DNA of 43,466 nucleotides from assembly GCA_024400775.1 (NCBI GenBank), contig JAKSMF010000002.1, positions 1-43,466 on the forward strand. Reading direction: 5' to 3'. The stretch is from Bacteroidales bacterium (GTDB lineage Bacteria; Bacteroidota; Bacteroidia; Bacteroidales; WCHB1-69). The notes under the pieces are model-generated. The model was given only the letters and a program-made list of their open reading frames with translations, had not been told where the DNA came from and searched no databases. Every line of letters begins with the position of its first letter. The first letter of the stretch is position 1. Shown here in pieces: positions 42,201-43,466 of this stretch. A program made the translations under genes and the position numbers.

Positions 42201-43466
42201 TCGAACTGAAGAGCAAGACCGACAATCCTTCCTGCGAGGGCACTGTCGTTTACACATACACCTATACCGACTGCGCTGGACACAGCCACGACTGGACCTA
42301 CACCTACACGATTGACCTGCCGATAGTGGAGATGCCAGCCGACGGGCGCGACACGGTGCCTTGCGAAATCGACGCCCAGCACACGCCCACGCCGCCGGAA
42401 CTGACGGACGCTTGCGGCCGTACCCTTCAGGTGGTCCAGGTGGGTGATCCAGTATCCACGGTCGGAACGAACGGTCGCGGTACTGTGACCTACACCTTTG
42501 AATACACCGACTGCACGGGCGAGGATTACGATTACGAGTGGCAGTACGTATATTATGTGATTCCGGACGCGTTCACGCCCCGAACCAACGGCTCAAGCAA
42601 TATCTCTTGCCTGTCGGATGCGGTCACCCCGACCCTTCCGGCTATCACGGTCTGCGGTGAAAGCGTCGAGCTGACACTCGTCTCCAAGGTTGACAGCACG
42701 GAGAACGGCTGCGGCAAATACATCTACACCTACGGATATACCGTCAACGATGTCGAATATACATGGAAATACACCTATAACGTATCACCCGCGGACTTCG
42801 CGGACCTGATGCCGGACAATGGCGGCAGCACGGTTTCCTGCGAGGCTGCGGCAGTGGCTCCGACCGCTCCGGTGGTTGAGAACGCCTGCGGCACGGCTGT
42901 CACGATTTCTGAACCCGTGGTGAGCGGCACCTACGAAGGCTGCGAAGGCACAATCATTTATACCTACACCTACAGCGACTGTGCGGGCCACAGCCACGAC
43001 TGGACCTACACCTACATCATTAAACACGATGCCAACCCGACCCAAGTCGGCACTCCGGTGGACACCGCTTCCACTGTCGAATGCGTCTCCGCAGCTACCG
43101 TTCCCACAGTTCTTCCTGTAGTGAAGGATGCCTGCGGCAACGTGGTGGTGCATGCTCCCGCGCCCGAGGTTGGCGGCACCTACACGGACTGCGAAGGCAC
43201 GAAGACCTACACCTATACCTACGAAGACTGTGCGGGCAAGCAGTTCGTCTGGACCTACACCTACACGATTGGACATTCAACTGCTCCGGCCGAAGTGGGC
43301 GGACCTGTAGCGACAAGGGATACGGTGGAATGCGAGAGCGCGGCCGCCGCACCCGCAACGCTTCCTGTGGTGAAGGATGTGTGCGGCAATGTGTTGGATG
43401 CTCCCGAACCCGAGGTTGCCACTGACATCCACGGCTGCGAAGGCACGGTGGTTTACACCTATACCT
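33212..43466 (+). CDS. Giant cell-surface protein (partial, more than 3418 aa): DUF11-like + HYR-like + SprB repeats + unassigned four-Cys modules; 3' end outside the window
   Basis: Frame 2 is open from the stop at 33116-33118 to the window end; no frame-2 + ORF terminates here in the track. Alternative ATG at 33227. Signal-like AAFTFLMLMALFFPSVLPAQ. SprB-type repeats at 38249-39469 and 40553-40783; DUF11-like segment around 35000-35270. Confidence 0.9.
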   Translation, partial: MGNCTMFKNEMNRQQKPMRSRQLKGAAFTFLMLMALFFPSVLPAQVAVPFTQRTSQYSPDQAVYHLQGDFTMIGNTNMVDPNGGNTNDVNAMRWNNIDAANGAVTNSTSAELKFSTERGANPECTRVVYAGLYWVGRHDTRNDPAPERRVLRTVTLHNGEREGSISVSISLPDPSGRTRITNLSSGTSSGHKVIQYQFSQNNTVVSTPYINIERYSNGARYAIRMNSMNTGNDGAAIYNDMQWSSGTYQMRNITSLSAGQGSSDTYRANNPLPIQIAQVGDTIYMLTSVHWNNTSSNINNDYYVTLQVLVPEEGYAEPRRKVKFRHEDGTYTQVTAAQGNVFFPTIPSNAPNTINESDYYYGMYTAYAEVTDIVQEYGEGNYYVADIVSDLSNVSNNPIGKLGAWTLVVIYENTMMKWRDITVFDGWAFTGGANPNTDVAISGFRTVQVGKVGVKLGMAVMDGDRGSSTDKVYIQKLNTDEYQQLLNPSSDLYSTSDDNFFQSVIYTPENAARNPRQTNNYGIDIVVMDVPNENNSVMANEQTSTRFRYASTRRDNYAAFLYVMGVDAYIPDAQAIDAVMENASAVYDPDMDVWVSHPGDTVTFTIKVHNYDVEDIRDAMVTLPMPPTVEFYELEAEYSDGRTGEFYFDPLEGVNGTAHWSIDYLPAGYPDSVWATFKLHCYITRDCYVLASTSEECLLDLVVNGTLSGTSVINGVCFEHPFIQGFQQDGVCRGAAIAESLRVVIDRADYVRNHCDCSNGGGTFNTECYKNRSIGFCLSDGDVVPFDKVAKYYPDGTRFYLGSDRSVEYTYATGFPAAAQSTSVVAVLPTNSSCESSLTLVQTISFDTITLPAFVSNPVEYCMNDEPRPLSESIVIPDTSITNYGAQVIFFKSHPGDDPLHPDVPAYSDITPSTSAVGITSYWVVQIATAPGMECYHSTPMKLEVLVKSPLTISSDVESPSCVGVPVNFTPDVVGGEYDIPEEILPYVYINNQTSVATLSGTAPAGTYTFSYTAPPSTDPDGCPHALTQAITHTVTTISAGGHIIPLNPGSICQGSPVPDFRIDQMAGRVVRWEYRKGTDPWQVIPNNTTRINQSNLPELTQGTYQFRALVQSGDCEPTYSDTSSLTVSNYVAEAAPTGGVQYFCVGSEVTLSNPDNSGTYNWYTSEYGGEPDNANRTFEMTEAWEQRYVSQRSHIGDNVYCESQRALVEARPYFNAGAIRNGQQVVCGTGTINTIGSADDAAATVGVTGYNGAAPTFTYHWYMSKNGGAETSLSATTATLNPATYVSGNGTYTFRRTASFRLQTGVYGNGNPRYTNCGELPSDGTYKLILGVPDATIATPENTVLCHDGSIQLTLTAPFSSLFSYQWYRNGTAIIDANGSNYTATASGNYTVKVTDRASGCNATSSTPITLTEDNTSPVVSQSTISTEITSCSITALPAAYTTVAELESGLHVSISDNHTSDADLEVSHADDTTSTVCPFVVTRTYTIADECGNEATIEQTFTIQNETTPVITVASQNNPAGACNPTSITAPTFTVTDVCADTPTPTVSTTGPTGTGCAKSQTWTATYTSVCGVEATPVEVTYSWKEDAEKPTIGTIAAQDATPAGSCKYKIPGLTDVVRNVSSDNCTAGDDLAVSQNIAANTEYVQTNSEQNINVTVTVTDACGNEQTKTVVVKIPAKVTANVTSTTNIDCYDGETGAIELTATGGTPDYTYSWTGPNSYTSTDEDLTSLKAGTYAVTVTDDNGCTATANATLTQPASDISITLTPTNVLCNGKETGAITATVTGGTPDYDYEWGTGATTATVSGLSAGEYTVTVTDNKGCEKEASVTITEPATAVNITTINKTNVLCKDAANGTAEVVAEGGTLAAGHTYNYIWSNDATTASISNLAPATYTVTVTDDNECEATGEVKITEPTALTLTTEESNVSCAGSSNGSVNVTVSGGTSPYTYAWSGDATSSEEDLEDLGGGTYTLIVTDHNGCTVTETIEIEEPDVLSLGLSPVSETCDGGDGKITAAATGGTQFDLGGENPYYLYSWYRKTSATDSVLIASNVTQIDTLSAGNFTVVVKDANGCEAQASVTLKLDNPLAINTTLSANPTICSGGSFSFAPEDGEDGSVPDGTLYSWEAPVVENVSNTHAGVNQSTIHDEGIVYTGTAPSVDIPYNVVATYGEICQNSTTVTVTVSATVNGNMTIALTNDTVCPNVGTKTLTATLGNLTNNYDITWTFNGSETTQSRNQSETTPTLNVTIPSDNCNVVYPYTVSVEDELHCKNSKTGNIVVRIPDWNISEANGSKTVACPSAAVPPTLPTVTDGCGNTLTPQSIGFDPETDDPVTCSGTVEYKYRYTACDNSYKDWTYTYIIKDSIAPVLEDCSGLDEELTATDCEFTVPDFEDDVLDLASDNCTVAEYVQSPAAGTVITATTDVTVYVKDACGNESAHRTITVTVPAPVQLAEVTAEHVDVLCKNDATGSFKVSATQGKSPYTYTLGTTSNSTGEFSGLEDGTYTVTVTDANGCTNTVDVTINEPTAVLTASVPAPTAICNGGSQTLTVEVGGGTAGYGYQWSDGSNTNSITVSPTATTTYSVTVTDEHECTASDSKTLTVYSLPIVELDGVSDLCPNVGSTNLTAEITTTSAAPYKYEWTGMTVTPASTAGSTATSNTVSATIPTTCGASYTVTVTLTDNHGCTVTDDATVTVKTPATPSIALADGTDASTNLGCNPASIPTVTKDNFVVTDECDASAIATVTPGDEQVDGCTHSKTWTASYTNSCVTAATSKTVTYTWTVTTAPEVTPSDELAESGTVMDCNWDYENEGPTSADFNLVSGDCETDPDVTVTSKVTGDCTKTGIWTAKYENQCGQKDSVKVTYTWTADEEGPAITGTLEDINVAGCDETAVPAAATTVAALEEMGVEISDNCSSTFTVSSEDADASGACVKTVVRTYTVTDACGNSSTATQNIIITPADFISNMPEPGEKTVSCAASVGTPATPTVEDACGNVITDIELKSKTDNPSCEGTVVYTYTYTDCAGHSHDWTYTYTIDLPIVEMPADGRDTVPCEIDAQHTPTPPELTDACGRTLQVVQVGDPVSTVGTNGRGTVTYTFEYTDCTGEDYDYEWQYVYYVIPDAFTPRTNGSSNISCLSDAVTPTLPAITVCGESVELTLVSKVDSTENGCGKYIYTYGYTVNDVEYTWKYTYNVSPADFADLMPDNGGSTVSCEAAAVAPTAPVVENACGTAVTISEPVVSGTYEGCEGTIIYTYTYSDCAGHSHDWTYTYIIKHDANPTQVGTPVDTASTVECVSAATVPTVLPVVKDACGNVVVHAPAPEVGGTYTDCEGTKTYTYTYEDCAGKQFVWTYTYTIGHSTAPAEVGGPVATRDTVECESAAAAPATLPVVKDVCGNVLDAPEPEVATDIHGCEGTVVYTYT

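Noticed and set aside
33374-43446. Dozens of 60-240-aa ORFs on both strands (for example 35291..36022, 40025..40582, 41165..41767, 42785..43276, 43081..43425)
   Set aside because: All overlap the uninterrupted + frame-2 giant ORF, whose translation shows coherent repeat domains. These ORFs are R/G/A-rich shadows.
1-43466. tRNA, rRNA, tmRNA or RNase P genes in the spacers
   Set aside because: By eye I found no cloverleaf-compatible segments with a GTTCGAATC-like T-loop and no other recognisable conserved RNA cores. A covariance-model scan would be needed to be definitive.

Overview
Bacteroidota-type chromosomal segment. Evidence for the phylum: many proteins end in T9SS (type IX secretion) sorting domains, TAnnTTTG -7 promoter boxes precede genes, there are no Shine-Dalgarno sites, and GC-rich coding contrasts with AT-rich spacers. 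Left third (526-7456): housekeeping genes speB, a DUF559 endonuclease, an MscS-family channel, lysS, glnS and a secreted thioredoxin. Region 7739-18001: an accessory island of T9SS cargo genes. It holds a 1459-aa HExxH + beta-helix protein, three paralogs sharing a near-identical signal-peptide cassette, a Cys-rich lipoprotein with a T14 tract, a membrane-anchored LytTR regulator and IS5 relics. Region 18701-32211: mostly minus-strand metabolic and envelope genes (GT2, L,D-transpeptidase, two PLP enzymes, an HdrD-like Fe-S protein, an esterase, two His-rich paralogs) plus a plus-strand lipoprotein/T9SS pair. Region 33212 to the window end: the ORF track lists only short ORFs here, but frame 2 is one uninterrupted ORF of more than 3418 codons that runs off the window. 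It encodes a giant SprB/HYR/DUF11-type surface protein and ends in an array of an unassigned ~80-aa four-Cys module. Nearly every spacer carries short-period, strand-asymmetric word repeats, including G-free intercistronic leaders and a five-copy TTCAATTTTCAA element that supplies stop codons. No tRNA, rRNA or CRISPR array was seen.
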